Both the position numbers and the translations under genes were made by a program. This document shows positions 39,568 through 50,237 of a stretch of DNA of 64,000 bases, piece by piece (positions within the stretch are counted from its first letter, which is position 1; each line of letters opens with the position of its first letter). Below the pieces are notes generated by a model. The model had not been told where the DNA came from. It searched no databases and saw only the letters and a list, made by a program, of their open reading frames with translations. This DNA comes from Pelagomonas calceolata (lineage: Eukaryota). The DNA lies in assembly GCA_918797485.1 (NCBI GenBank), contig CAKKNE010000003.1:1984001-2048000 (forward strand), in the 5' to 3' direction.

Positions 39568-41154
39568 TTAGTACTCGTGCGCGCGCGCGCCGCACGTCGT
39601 CCAGCCGCCCGCCTTGCCCGCGCTGATGCGCTTGCAGATGCAGTAGTGGTCCGTCGAGTGGCACCGGCTCCAGGTCGTCGTCGTGCCGCAGATGCACTTA
39701 TGTCGCGACGCGAAGCACCGGGGGAAGCCAGAGCCGCAGATGCACTTGTGCGTCTTCGCGATGCACGTGAACGACGAGCCCGTGCCGCAGAAGCAGAGGT
39801 GGCGCTTCGAGTAGCACCGCGAGAACTGGCCGCAGACGCACAGGTGGGACCGCGCGTAGCAATTCTGCCCGAGGCGGCAGACGCAGCCGCCGCGCGAGAC
39901 CCGCGTGGCGGGGATGCCGCGTTGCTCGAGGCGCGTCTTCGGCGCGGGCGGCGGCCGCGCGCGCCGCGGCGCCGCCGCCGGCGCGCGCCGCCGCGCGGGC
40001 GCCTCGTCGCTCTCCTCGTCGCTCTCCTCCTCCTCATCGTCGTCGTCGTCCGAGCCGCCGATGACGTCCTCGTCGTCCTCGGACTCCTCTTCCTCCGATT
40101 CCGAGTCCGAATCAGAGTCCGCCTCGCTCTCTTCTTCCTCCTCCTCGTCGTCCGAGTCCGCGATGAAGGAGTCGTCATCGTCGTCGTCGCTCGACGGGGC
40201 CTTGCGCTTCTTTTTCGCGCTCTTCTTCTTCTTGCGCTTGGCAGCCTTGCGCTTTGGCCGCTTGCGACGTTCCGGCTCGGGCGCCGGGGCCGGCGGCGCT
40301 GCGGCCCGCGCCTGCTCCGCATCGTAGATCGAGCGGCGCGCGGCATCCGACAGAACTGAATTCGCCTCGTTGATTTTTTTGAACGCCTCCGAGGCATTCT
40401 CTTCGGAGCACTTGTCGGGGTGGATCAAAGCAGCAATGTCCCGATACGCTACCGTGACGTCGCGAGCCGTGGCCGAGCTCTCGATGCCGAGCACGTCGTA
40501 CAACGAGGCGCCGTCCTTGAGCGCGCTCGAGATAATGCGGCGCGTGAGGCGCTTGACCGCGCCCGATTGCGGTGGCGGCGCGGGTGGCGCTGCGGCCGGC
40601 GGCGGCGGTGCGGCCGCCGGCGCGCCGTTCGCAGCGGGAGCGCGCAGGGCCGCGACGATCTCGGACTTTTCTCTACACGTCGAAACGTCGACGCCGCGCG
40701 CCGCCGCTATCGCCTTGAGCGCCTTGACGGACTGGCTCGAGAGATCGTCATCACCCTCATCATCCACATCGACGACGTCGTTCCTGCGTTCCGCCTCCTC
40801 GCGCGCGGCGGCCGTCCGCTCGGCCTCGGTCTGCGAGCCCGTGAGTTCGAAGCCGTCGCTGTCGCTATCAGGCTCGGGCTCGGGCTCGGGCTTGGCCTTA
40901 GCCGCCGTCGGTGGCGTCGCCGGCGGCGCGGCCGCGGGCGCGGCTGCGGGTGCGGGCACGACTGCGGCGGGCGCCGGCGCCGCCTCCGCCGGCGCGCCTA
41001 GAACTTCGGCCTCGAGGGCGGTGAGCGTCGCGGGAAGAGACGTGAAACCGAGGCCCACGGCCTCGGCGAGCGCACGGACATCACCATTGAGCGTCGCGGT
41101 CCGTTCTATGCCAACTTCTTCTAGTAATCGATCAGTGCGCGTGCGGAGCGACAT
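39568..41154 (-). CDS. DnaJ-domain protein with SAP/LEM-like helix motif, acidic tract and C-terminal Cys/His repeats
   Basis: LYDVLGI..AYRDIAALIHPDK..EAFKKINEA..LSD..R..YD; SVKALKAIAAARGVDVSTCREKSEIV; six CxC..Cx4H units. Confidence 0.85.
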   Translation of the reverse strand: MSLRTRTDRLLEEVGIERTATLNGDVRALAEAVGLGFTSLPATLTALEAEVLGAPAEAAPAPAAVVPAPAAAPAAAPPATPPTAAKAKPEPEPEPDSDSDGFELTGSQTEAERTAAAREEAERRNDVVDVDDEGDDDLSSQSVKALKAIAAARGVDVSTCREKSEIVAALRAPAANGAPAAAPPPPAAAPPAPPPQSGAVKRLTRRIISSALKDGASLYDVLGIESSATARDVTVAYRDIAALIHPDKCSEENASEAFKKINEANSVLSDAARRSIYDAEQARAAAPPAPAPEPERRKRPKRKAAKRKKKKSAKKKRKAPSSDDDDDDSFIADSDDEEEEEESEADSDSDSESEEEESEDDEDVIGGSDDDDDEEEESDEESDEAPARRRAPAAAPRRARPPPAPKTRLEQRGIPATRVSRGGCVCRLGQNCYARSHLCVCGQFSRCYSKRHLCFCGTGSSFTCIAKTHKCICGSGFPRCFASRHKCICGTTTTWSRCHSTDHYCICKRISAGKAGGWTTCGARAHEY

Positions 41155-41317
41155 AGTGACTGTGATGTAGCCTCCTGGTTTCACAGGCTGCACGGCCCCA
41201 ATGGAGCTCTCGGCCGAGAAGCAAACGGTAGGCGCTGTGAGGGTTGTCCACCGAAGCTACGGCGGGCTACTGGGCCGCGGAAGGCCGTCTATCCGACGAG
41301 CCTTGACAGTGTTGCTA

Positions 41318-41340
41318 GCTAGCGCCATATAGACACTAGC
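41318..41340 (+). promoter_or_regulatory. CTAG-bracketed intergenic motif
   Basis: GCTAGCGCCATATAGACACTAGC between divergent genes (41154-/41486+). Confidence 0.6.
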
Positions 41341-41485
41341 AATCCAGCTCGGTGGTGCGAGCAGAGGAGTGCCGCCGTGCTGCATAGTTCTGCACCGGCA
41401 GTGAAAGCCATTGCATCTAGATACGCCGCCGCAGCGACCTGAACCAATAGCACAACTGGTGGTTGCACAACAGGCTCGGTGCAGA

Positions 41486-42145
41486 ATGGTCAGACTAGCT
41501 CTCTGCAGCATAGCGGTGCTCGTCGCAGACGCATTCGTCGCCCCGCGGATACGACAGCATCACTGCTACTACCGCGCAGTCAACAGTGAAACTGAAACGC
41601 CAGGGTGGAAACGCGCGACACCAAACGCCTTGACGGCGTTGCGCCTCGGCTGCGTACCAATCGTTTTCGGCGCGTTGCGCTGCGACGCGTCGCGCCTCGC
41701 GTGCGGCTGCTTCGCGGGCGCATCCATAACGGACGCGTTTGACGGATACCTGGCACGCCGGTGGCGCGTCGAGTCACGTCTCGGAGCGTTCTTGGACCCC
41801 GTCGCGGACAAGCTGCTGGTCGTCACGACGCTGGTCGCGCTGACGGCGTCGACGCCGGGCGTCGCGCTCCCCGCGGCCGTAATCGTCGCGCGCGAGGTGG
41901 CAGTGTCCGCGTTACGGGAGTACTGCGCGGACCGCGGCCAGCGCGACGCCGTCGCCGTTGGCGGCGCGGGAAAGCTGAAGACGGCCACGCAGATGGCCGC
42001 TTTACTTGTCCTGACGGGGCGCCTCGCGCCGCGCGCCGGACTTGGGCTCTTACGGGCGTCCGCCGCGCTGGCGCTCTACTCGGGAGCATTGCTCTTCGCG
42101 CAAGCGAGGCCAGTATTTGCGGCGAGCGACGGGGCGCCGGGGTAA
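41486..42145 (+). CDS. pgsA: CDP-diacylglycerol--glycerol-3-phosphate phosphatidyltransferase (PGP synthase), plastid-targeted
   Basis: PNALTALRL, TDAFDGYLARR..SRLGAFLDPVADK, REVAVSALRE, GKLKTATQM; signal + DAFVAP. Confidence 0.88.
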   Translation: MVRLALCSIAVLVADAFVAPRIRQHHCYYRAVNSETETPGWKRATPNALTALRLGCVPIVFGALRCDASRLACGCFAGASITDAFDGYLARRWRVESRLGAFLDPVADKLLVVTTLVALTASTPGVALPAAVIVAREVAVSALREYCADRGQRDAVAVGGAGKLKTATQMAALLVLTGRLAPRAGLGLLRASAALALYSGALLFAQARPVFAASDGAPG

Positions 42146-42217
42146 GTTTTGCGAAAAGAAAATACGAAAGAAGAGGAGTTAGTACACCAAACTACCACAC
42201 AAGGGGAGGAAAGGAGA

Positions 42218-44656
42218 TCAGCGCGGCTCGTCGTCCTGGTTCTCGGGCCGCGGCGCCGGCGAGAAGCGCGTCAATAGATCGATGCACGGGTCGTCCTCCA
42301 CCGACAAGTGGGGGAACGACCCCGCCACGAACGTCGCCCGCAAGGGGCGGCTCAGCGTCTTGATGCGGCCCATCAGCGCCTGGAAGCCCGCCTCGTCCGG
42401 CGGCGCGAGCACCAGACCGTTCAGCGCGAGGAGCTGGTCGCCCGGCTCGAGCAAACCTCTCGCTTGCGAGGAGTCGGACACGGAGGAGACCAACAAGGTC
42501 CGGGCCGGAGGTGCTCTGGGACCGCAGAAGTCGTCGGCCGCCTCGCCGTTGGACTTGCGCCGGAGCTCGGGGATGGGCGGCGGCACGGGGGCGCCGCGCT
42601 CCCGCGCCAACGAGCGGAGCCGCCGCGCGTGGCGCGCCGCTCTGCGAGAAGCGTCGTCCTGCCACGGGGCGGCGCCGTCCGACGCCGTCCGACGGTGGCG
42701 CCGCGGCGGCTTGTCCATGGCGACGAGCGGCCGCTCGCCGTCCTCCGACGACGGGCGGCGCCGCCGCGAAGAGAGGGGCGGCGGCGGCGGCGGCGGCGGC
42801 GGTCGGGTGGACGGCGGCGCCGGCGCAAATAGGCCACCAGCAGGCGCCGAGCGAGGTATCGTGTGCCTGACTAACGCCAGCTTGATGCCGAGGGGGCCAT
42901 CGGTAAAGTCGACGTCAAACGCTCTAGCGCGACACAACAGGGAAGCGAAGAGCTCGCGCGCGTCGCGGCGCCGCGTCAGCGACACCTCGAGAGGAGTGAG
43001 CCCGGCGTGGCACCGGCGCGCCGCGGCCTGCTCGGCCGCGCCGTCGCCGTCGTCATTATCACATGTCGCGGAGCGTAACAAAGCAGCCAGCGCCGAGGCG
43101 TTGCCGCAGGCCGCCGCCACATGTAAAGGTGTGGCCCCGATGGCGTCCGGCGCGCAGGCGTCGGCTCCTAGAGACACGAGCAGCTCCACCACGCCGGCGC
43201 GCGGCGCGCCGAAGGCCCCGTCCCTAGCGGCCGCGACATGCAAAGCTCGCGCCATGGTAGCAAAGGCCCCGACGGGGCCGCCTCTCGCACCTTCCACGGC
43301 CGCGGCGCGCACGGCCCGCGCGTCGCCCCGCGCGATCGCCGCGTGCAGCCTCAACACGGCCTCCGTCTCGGGCCACAATTCGACGCGCGCCTTCCTCGGC
43401 GCCTCGGCGCCTAACCTAGGCACCTCCTGCGACGGCTGCCGCCGGTGGGCGCGCTTCGGGGCCTCGTCGTCGGATAACTCGAGACCAATGCTCTGCGGCG
43501 CGAGCTCCTCCTGGAAGGGGCTCCAGGGCGGTGCCCTGGGCTCTTTCCGGCCGCCGCCTCGCGCGGCGAAGGCCGCCGCGGCTCTTTGAGCTGCACCGGA
43601 CAGTCGCGGCTGGGCTTTGCTATTCCCGAGCACCGTCTTCAGGTCCTGCTGCTCCTTGTGGCTGCCCGCGGCCGCGTCTAGTGCTCGTCGGAATTTGAAC
43701 GTCGCCAGATGCGACGCCAGGGCGCCGCCGGCCCCGTCGTCGTCGGACGAGTCCGCATCGCGCGGCGCCTTCTGGGCGCTCCGCGTGAACAGGGGGTGCG
43801 CCTGGCGATCGGAGTAGCTGTTCGACGCGAAGGACTCGCCGTAGGAGTCGGCGTCGCTGATGGTCGAACCCGCGGACGACCCTCTGCGATGATGCCGCGA
43901 CCGCCGCCGATCTTCCGACGAGATCTCGTCGGACGCGCCGATTTCCCGCAAAGCGTCTATGCTTAAGCGGGAGCCCATCTGGGCCTCGCCGCCGCCGGCC
44001 GCGAGGTAATCCAACATTCTAGTGGTAGCCTCGAGGGCCAGAGCTCTTTCTCTTTTAGCCTTCTCGCCGAGCTGCTGCTTGCGAGTAGCTTTAATGCGCA
44101 TCAGCTCCAGCGACGTCTCGGACGCCTCCTTCTCCATCTTTTTTATGGATTGCACTGGCGAGGCCGGATCGAAGCCGAGGTTGACGCCCGCGCCCCGCCC
44201 TTCGGCGCTCAATCGAGCGGCGGTGGCCCAGGCGTAGAGCTTGGCGCCTCGAGACCGCAACGAGCGCCACTTGACGGGTTTCGTGGGGTCCTCGTCTTCC
44301 ATATGTATGGAGCGCGGCGGGCCCAGATTGGAAATCATCTTGCGCATGGAGCGCTCGGCTATCGAGGGGGTGCTGACACTGACGCTGTTGACGGAGTCGC
44401 TTATGGACGACGCGGTCGTGGATCCCGTCGAACCGGGCCGCACGCGCGGCACGCGCGGCGGACTCGGCGTCGCCTCCTGGAGCGACTTGCGCACTTGCGG
44501 CGGCGTCGTCGGCGGCGACCGGCGCATCATGCTTAGCGCGGGGTGCTCTCCTCGCGCAGGAGGCGGCGGCGGGGCGTCCTCGTTGGACAGCTTGAGTAAG
44601 GCATGAAGATGGCCCTGGTCGTCGGCCGCGGCGGGCGCGCCGTACGAGGAGTCCAT
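42218..44656 (-). CDS. Ankyrin repeat + split PDZ domain protein with long disordered N-terminus
   Basis: ALHVAA, GATPLHVAAACGN, GLTPLEV; FTDGPLGIKL ... LLEPGDQLLALNG..RPLRATF. Confidence 0.7.
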   Translation of the reverse strand: MDSSYGAPAAADDQGHLHALLKLSNEDAPPPPPARGEHPALSMMRRSPPTTPPQVRKSLQEATPSPPRVPRVRPGSTGSTTASSISDSVNSVSVSTPSIAERSMRKMISNLGPPRSIHMEDEDPTKPVKWRSLRSRGAKLYAWATAARLSAEGRGAGVNLGFDPASPVQSIKKMEKEASETSLELMRIKATRKQQLGEKAKRERALALEATTRMLDYLAAGGGEAQMGSRLSIDALREIGASDEISSEDRRRSRHHRRGSSAGSTISDADSYGESFASNSYSDRQAHPLFTRSAQKAPRDADSSDDDGAGGALASHLATFKFRRALDAAAGSHKEQQDLKTVLGNSKAQPRLSGAAQRAAAAFAARGGGRKEPRAPPWSPFQEELAPQSIGLELSDDEAPKRAHRRQPSQEVPRLGAEAPRKARVELWPETEAVLRLHAAIARGDARAVRAAAVEGARGGPVGAFATMARALHVAAARDGAFGAPRAGVVELLVSLGADACAPDAIGATPLHVAAACGNASALAALLRSATCDNDDGDGAAEQAAARRCHAGLTPLEVSLTRRRDARELFASLLCRARAFDVDFTDGPLGIKLALVRHTIPRSAPAGGLFAPAPPSTRPPPPPPPPPLSSRRRRPSSEDGERPLVAMDKPPRRHRRTASDGAAPWQDDASRRAARHARRLRSLARERGAPVPPPIPELRRKSNGEAADDFCGPRAPPARTLLVSSVSDSSQARGLLEPGDQLLALNGLVLAPPDEAGFQALMGRIKTLSRPLRATFVAGSFPHLSVEDDPCIDLLTRFSPAPRPENQDDEPR

Positions 44657-45676
44657 GGCGGCCCTTCAATTCGACCGCGGGCGCCCGTTTCCCTGCCAGC
44701 TGCCGGTGTTTTTCAAGGAGGGCTCTCGACGTCACAGCCGTCTAGCGAGACGCCGCGAAACTCGGCCAGTCGTGCGCCGCAGTCCTGGCGGGGCCCAGCA
44801 AAGATTCCTTGCCGCTGCGAGGCCGTAGGAACGCCACTTAGGGCCAATTCATCCGCGGAGCTAAATTTTGCAGGGCACGCGGGTTTTTTTCGCATCTTTT
44901 GGGAGCACTCCCGCCGCGCCCCGGGGAAGCGGACCTGCACGCTGGCGACAACTCCCGATTTCCGGCCGTTTTGCGCTAGAGGTTTAGGTTGGAGGTGCCG
45001 TCTTCGTCATGATGTTCCGCGGCCTCCCCCGGCGCGGAGCCCAAGAGCGACGCTGCCCTTGTTCAGGGCGCCACCGGCGGGCAGCACGGACGCTGCCGCG
45101 CCAAAGGCTGCCCCCAAATCGGCAGCCAACATATGCGAAGAGGATACACTCACCCGCTGCAGGGCCTGCTGCGCCGCCTGTGGCCAGAGCGCGCCACGCA
45201 ACACTTCGTTAGCGCGCGCGCGTACTCCGCCGCGTCCGGCGCCGATACATCAGATAGCCTCCGCTGCGATGCTCGTTCGACGCGGCGCGCGGCCGGGACG
45301 CGAGCACAACCACAGAACACACGACGTGCGCACCGCATGCGCATTTTGGATGCGCGGCGGCGACGCCTCGTGTCGCGGAACGGCGCCGGCGTTGTGGGTG
45401 TTGCAAGCAGCCACTCGGAGTCGTGGCGTCCGCGTCAGCGTCCGGACTCGGAGCCAGGGACCATCCCTCCCGTACGCGTTCGGTGTAGTATGGCGGGGGA
45501 GACCGGGGCGCCTCGAGGGCGCGCGTCCCACGGATTGACTGGGGGTCGCCGGTCCTTGCGGCCGCGAGTCCGCCGGTCGTGCGGAGGCGCACCAGTTGCG
45601 CCTTGGAACCGCAGAGAGGCGTCTTTCTGGGACCCTCTAGCGGAAGAGAAGTCAAATTGGCGCGTCAAAAATGTGG

Positions 45677-45698
45677 GCTAGCGGCGCAAGACACTAGC
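45677..45698 (+). promoter_or_regulatory. CTAG-bracketed intergenic motif
   Basis: GCTAGCGGCGCAAGACACTAGC, ~120 bp upstream of ATG 45816. Confidence 0.65.
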
Positions 45699-45815
45699 AA
45701 AACTTGCTGAGCTGGGTGGGATGACAGCGAGTTACACGTGCCTCCTACTGCACCGTCGACGCTCGTCTCACTGTAAAAATACAAGCCTCCTCAACTGAAC
45801 GCAACCCTCTAAACA

Positions 45816-47619
45816 ATGAGCCGCAGCGTTGTCCTCGTGGCAACCTGTGCCAGCTTGGCGCATGCTCTCCTCCACGCGGCGCCGCGGCGCGCACCGAAAC
45901 TCCAAGCGACGGCCACGAAGGAGCTCGACCTCAAGGAGCGCAAGGCCCAGAGCCCCGTCGAGGAGCTGGGCGAGGACATGTGTTTGATTCCGGGCGAGGT
46001 CGTCGTGAGGGTGGACGCGGCGCCGGGCAACGCTCGCAGAATCTATACGGGCGTCGACATCAATGCGGACGTCGACACGGTTTGGGGGTTGCTGACGGAC
46101 TATGAAGGGTTAGCTGAAGTGGTACCTAACTTAGTGAGCAACGAAGTCGTGCAGCTCACCGCGAACGGGGCCAAGATCAAGCAGATTGGGGCAGCGCAAG
46201 TCTTGCCGGGCTTGACCTTTAAGGCCTCCATGGTCGTGGACGTGACGGAGGTCATAGGCGGTTTAGATCCATCCAAAATTAGAAGAGGAGAATTACTAGA
46301 TGAGCCCCACGACGAGGACGCCCTGCGGCAGGCGGAACGGCGCGAACGACTGGAACGAGGCGTCTTCCCGCGACCCTGGGCCACGGCGACGTCGGACCCC
46401 GCGCTCACGCGGGACATCACGATGGTCTCGGCGGTTGGAGAGGCCGGGGATTTCACTTTGTATCAGGGCCTCTGGCGGGCCCAGCCGTTGCCGAACTGCG
46501 GCATTGATGGAGGGGATGCCACTCGCTTGACTTATGCGGTCGAGATCCAGCCGCGGCCGTGGCTGCCGGTCGCGCTTGTGGAAAATAGGATCGCGCGCGA
46601 CCTCGTGACGAATCTCGAGGCTGTGGCGGTGGAGGCGGCCGTGCGCTACCGGGATCAATCAAGGCGGAACGCCACGTCCATCGAAGTCGCGGTCGACTCC
46701 ATGGCGGCGAGCGGTGCGTGAATCAAATCGTCGCGCGTCTCACGCCATCGTCGCGACGTCAGCACGATGGCGTGGCTGCGAGCACCTGACTCACTGGTTG
46801 ATTTGCGCACAGGCGGCGATCCAGAAGCGCCCCGAGGACGCCGTAAAAAGAGCAAGGGACCGCCTCATGCAGACGGTGCGGCGGTGCTCGGACGCGGGTC
46901 TCGGTGCGGCTTCGGTGGATGTCCGGGCCATCCGCGAGGAGGCCGAGGCGCTGTCGGCGCGAGCTCGGGAGGCCGACCGCGCGGACCGGCCGCGGCCGGG
47001 GCGAGGATATGCCCCCTCAATCTTCGACGCGCGGCGCTTCGCCGGCGCCTGGGACGTCCTCTACTCGTCGGCCGTCGCCGGCGCGACGGCCTCGACCAAA
47101 AACGAGCGCGCCCCCAGCTCCGTGGTGAAGTACACGCGCGCCGGCGCCGTGCCGCGGCGGCGCGACCGGCTGAGAAGGTCGCTGCCGGGGCCCGGCGCCG
47201 TCGTCGGCCTCTTCCCGCGGACGACGGAGGCCCTCGGGAAGTTCGCTCTGAAATCGTTAGAGTATAGAGTGAAGCCGAGCGCGGCCGGCGACGGCGTCGA
47301 CACGGTCGTCGCCTTCCGCGCGCGGGCCACGCCGCTCCTGCCGCCGCCGGCCATACGGGTCGAGCACGCGCTCGCGGCGCCCAAGGCGCCCTACGCCGCG
47401 ACGCTTCTGACCAAAAGCGTCTCCGTCGAGCCCGCCGACGGCACGGGCCGCGTCGCGCGGGCCCTGCCCCGGCCCGCCGTCCCAGCCGGCTGGCTGCCGG
47501 CCTGGCTGCCGGGCGTGAACCGGCGGACGAGCTTCTCCGTGCTCTACGCCGACGACGACCTCCTCGTGACGCTGTCCGACGACGACGACCTCCGCGTCGC
47601 GCGGCGGAAGGCGCTCTAA
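45816..47619 (+). CDS. Plastid-targeted START/polyketide cyclase domain + fibrillin-like domain protein; exons 45816-46703, 46813-47619
   Basis: VWGLLTDYEGLAEVVPNL, GDFTLYQGLW, LTYAVEIQP..PVALVE; then FAGAWDVLYSS..VLYADDDLLV; intron removal gives 1695 nt in frame. Confidence 0.75.
46704..46812 (+). mobile_element. Introner element (GC-AG intron)
   Basis: TSD GCGGCGAG / GCGGCGAT (7/8); TIRs CGGTGCGTGAATCAA / TTGATTTGCGCACAG; internal 11-bp hairpin CACGCCATCGT / ACGATGGCGTG. Confidence 0.88.
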
Positions 47620-47651
47620 GAAGTGTTCATTCGTCAAGGGCCTATTTACAC

Positions 47652-47735
47652 GGGGTGGGGCCGAACGGGGTAGGGAGGGAGGTCGGGTGAGGGTTGGGCG
47701 GGTAAGGGAGGGAGAGAGGGAGGGGTAGGGAGGGG
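47652..47735 (+). other. G-run-rich purine tract (G-quadruplex potential)
   Basis: More than ten GGG/GGGG runs with short spacers. Confidence 0.6.
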
Positions 47736-47795
47736 ATCTCAGGTAAGTTGTGTGCAAGGCGCTCACGGGCAGCCACCCCGCGTGTCATGCGTCTA

Positions 47796-47796
<1 letters not shown>

Positions 47797-47826
<30 letters not shown>

Positions 47827-47842
47827 TCGAAGTCGTCGTCGT
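47797..47842. repeat. (GTC)n microsatellite
   Basis: ~10 perfect units plus a short degenerate extension. Confidence 0.85.
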
Positions 47843-47859
47843 AGCGTAACGACACTAGC
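47841..47859 (+). promoter_or_regulatory. CTAG-bracketed motif (degenerate copy)
   Basis: GTAGCGTAACGACACTAGC at left edge of lower-GC island. Confidence 0.35.
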
Positions 47860-49323
47860 AAATTCAGAGATACGCGTCGATAGCGTCAAAAGAATGACCA
47901 AAATTCAGAATACACCCTGGTCGTTCGCCGCGACCAATTATTTCAGAGTAGCGGCCCGGGAACATACCCTCGCGCCTCCCGGAAGGCACCGCCCGCGACA
48001 TTCACGGATGAGCCTTACGGCTCGCCAAATTACACCAGCGATTAACACCGCCATCTACCGTCCAAATAGTACATTATATCAACTCCAGCCCAGTTTTCAT
48101 CCACAATCGACGGAACCGGAGCCGACGGCCCGCGCCCGGAGGGCGGGAAAAGAATTCTACTAGACAACTCTCGCGTTTATGTTCGTTTTTATTTGTTTGT
48201 TAGTGGTAGAGGCCATCTAACCCGCATCAGCGCCCACTGAGCTATTTTAGATATTCCGTTAGAGCCTCGCGATTCGTCATCTTCGCGACACCACCTTTTA
48301 TGTTAAACGGGTAAATAAGTAAGACCTGCGAGTATCAGCGACGCCACCATCCAGATGGACCATAACGCCGTTGTTCTATTCACGATCGACCGACTTGCCC
48401 GTTCTCCGCGGACGACGGTGCGTAGACGGAGCACCGGAAAGGCCCCAGACCCGTGAGTTGTGAAATAAATTTGCGTTTCAGGCGATTCGGGTGTGGGACG
48501 GGCCAGATAATTGGCCTGGGCGCTTACTACATAGGATTTATTGACCGTAATCTCCACGGCGGCTCGGCCACCCCGAGAGAGTATAATCTGGCCATTTCGG
48601 GCTCGAGGCCTAGACCTGCGACCATCAGCCCGTGTACCATCACCATGGACCATAATGCGATCATTTGTTTCATGACCGACCAACTTGTGCGAGGTCCAGA
48701 TCAAGATGTTCACGTCCCGAGCGTGGGCGGCCCAAAGTACCCTTCTCGGCGTGTAGATGTCATATACTCGTAGTTGACTATCGGTGGGGTAGTATATGGT
48801 CCAAAGAGGCCGCTAAGGCGATTCCTGGGGGCCCTCAGGTAATTGACGTTTTTTACGAGAACGGGGTGCCATCGGGTCCAAATTGTACACTTTTTTCGTA
48901 TGCAGATCGGCTCCAGAACTCCCTCTGAGGTAGGTCTGATAGTGGGTAATCGCCTGTCCCGCATACGCCGCCGACGCGGCAGTCTAGTGCTCCCCGAGAG
49001 CCCTGGAAGCAAACAATGGCCAAAAGCTGCTATTCCTCTGCGGGCTGCTGAGAGAAATCGACCAAAAATGATTGAAGCGGCGGCGTATGCGGTGTAGGCG
49101 CGTGCACGTGTCTAGTACCGACCCTAGGCGACCCCAGGGAGACCTCTTTGGCAGGGATTGACAGGATTCCACCGGCGCGGCTGGCCTGTGGCCTCGTCCG
49201 CCTCCGCTCCGCGCATTAAAAAATTTATTTTTTCGGCCCCCAGGAAGTGTCCCATTGATCTCTTTGGACCATTAGAGAACTGAAGGATACTCAAACAGCT
49301 GCATGCGCGTTCGATTTTTGCTG

Positions 49324-49347
49324 GCTAGTGTCTTACAGGCCGCTAGC
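49324..49347 (-). promoter_or_regulatory. CTAG-bracketed intergenic motif
   Basis: GCTAGTGTCTTACAGGCCGCTAGC, ~360 bp upstream of ATG 49704. Confidence 0.7.
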
Positions 49348-49703
49348 TAGCCAGAGAGGCAAAGCGCAACGCTGCGCAGTGCTGAGCCTCTCGCGAGCTA
49401 GCATAGCATCGTAGCGATACGGCAAGACCTGCTATCCGCACGCCTGGCAACCGTCCGCACCAATCAGCCCCGCTCAAAAGAGCAGCACCTCGTCGCCGCC
49501 CGCGTCCAACAACAAAAGCTGACGAAGGTCGATGACGAGCGGACGCAACACCAATCACGACGGTCTCCTGAGCGCGCCCGTGATCTTTCATACCACGTCC
49601 CCGCCGCGCTGCAAAACGCGCGCGGCCCGAGGCCTCTCGACGGAGCCCACGAATGAAGTTTGGGATGAAACAGTCCATCACAATCGCACACACAGGCAAG
49701 CAA

Positions 49704-50132
49704 ATGCTGCGCACGGTAACACGACAGGCGCGACGGCGGTTCGCGGCCCCGGCCACGAAAAAGAAGAAGAAAAAGGGTAAAAATGATGATGACAACCCGC
49801 AGGACGGCGCGACGGCCTTCTACCGGGCTATCTTGGATGCGCCGCGCAAGACGCGGCCGAAGTTCTCGGAAGAGGAAGCAAAACGGAATTTTGAAATCGG
49901 CGCGCGATACAACAAACTGTCGCGGATCAAGCACTGCGAGTTCGAGGCCGGGCTCCAGCTGAAGCTCGATCTGCAGCAGTACGCCCTCGCGAGCCTGCCT
50001 CCCGACTTACGGAAGCAGGCGATGAGCTTAGATGATGTGCCCCTCCCACCTTTAGATAGGCGCTTCTGGGCGCTGACGCCGCCGATCCCGGGCTTCAAGC
50101 CCGAGGCGTACCCGGATGACGACGAGGACTGA
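49704..50132 (+). CDS. MRPL40: Mitochondrial ribosomal protein mL40-like
   Basis: Arg-rich presequence MLRTVTRQARRRFAA; LQQYALASLPPDLRKQA..P..R....TPPIPGF. Confidence 0.7.
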   Translation: MLRTVTRQARRRFAAPATKKKKKKGKNDDDNPQDGATAFYRAILDAPRKTRPKFSEEEAKRNFEIGARYNKLSRIKHCEFEAGLQLKLDLQQYALASLPPDLRKQAMSLDDVPLPPLDRRFWALTPPIPGFKPEAYPDDDED

Positions 50133-50237
50133 CCACGACGCCGTCGCCGCGATGCGCGCCGATATTGACTTAACCTTGTGTGAACATTACTAAAACTTAA
50201 AAACTAGGCGACAGTCATCGCGTCGATGGCGTGCAGG

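Noticed and set aside
44657..45676. ORFs in the 1-kb gap (e.g. 44603..45538+)
   Set aside because: No domain or coding-like bias seen; likely UTR/promoter
47652..47735. G-rich tract as an interstitial telomere
   Set aside because: No regular TTAGGG-type unit
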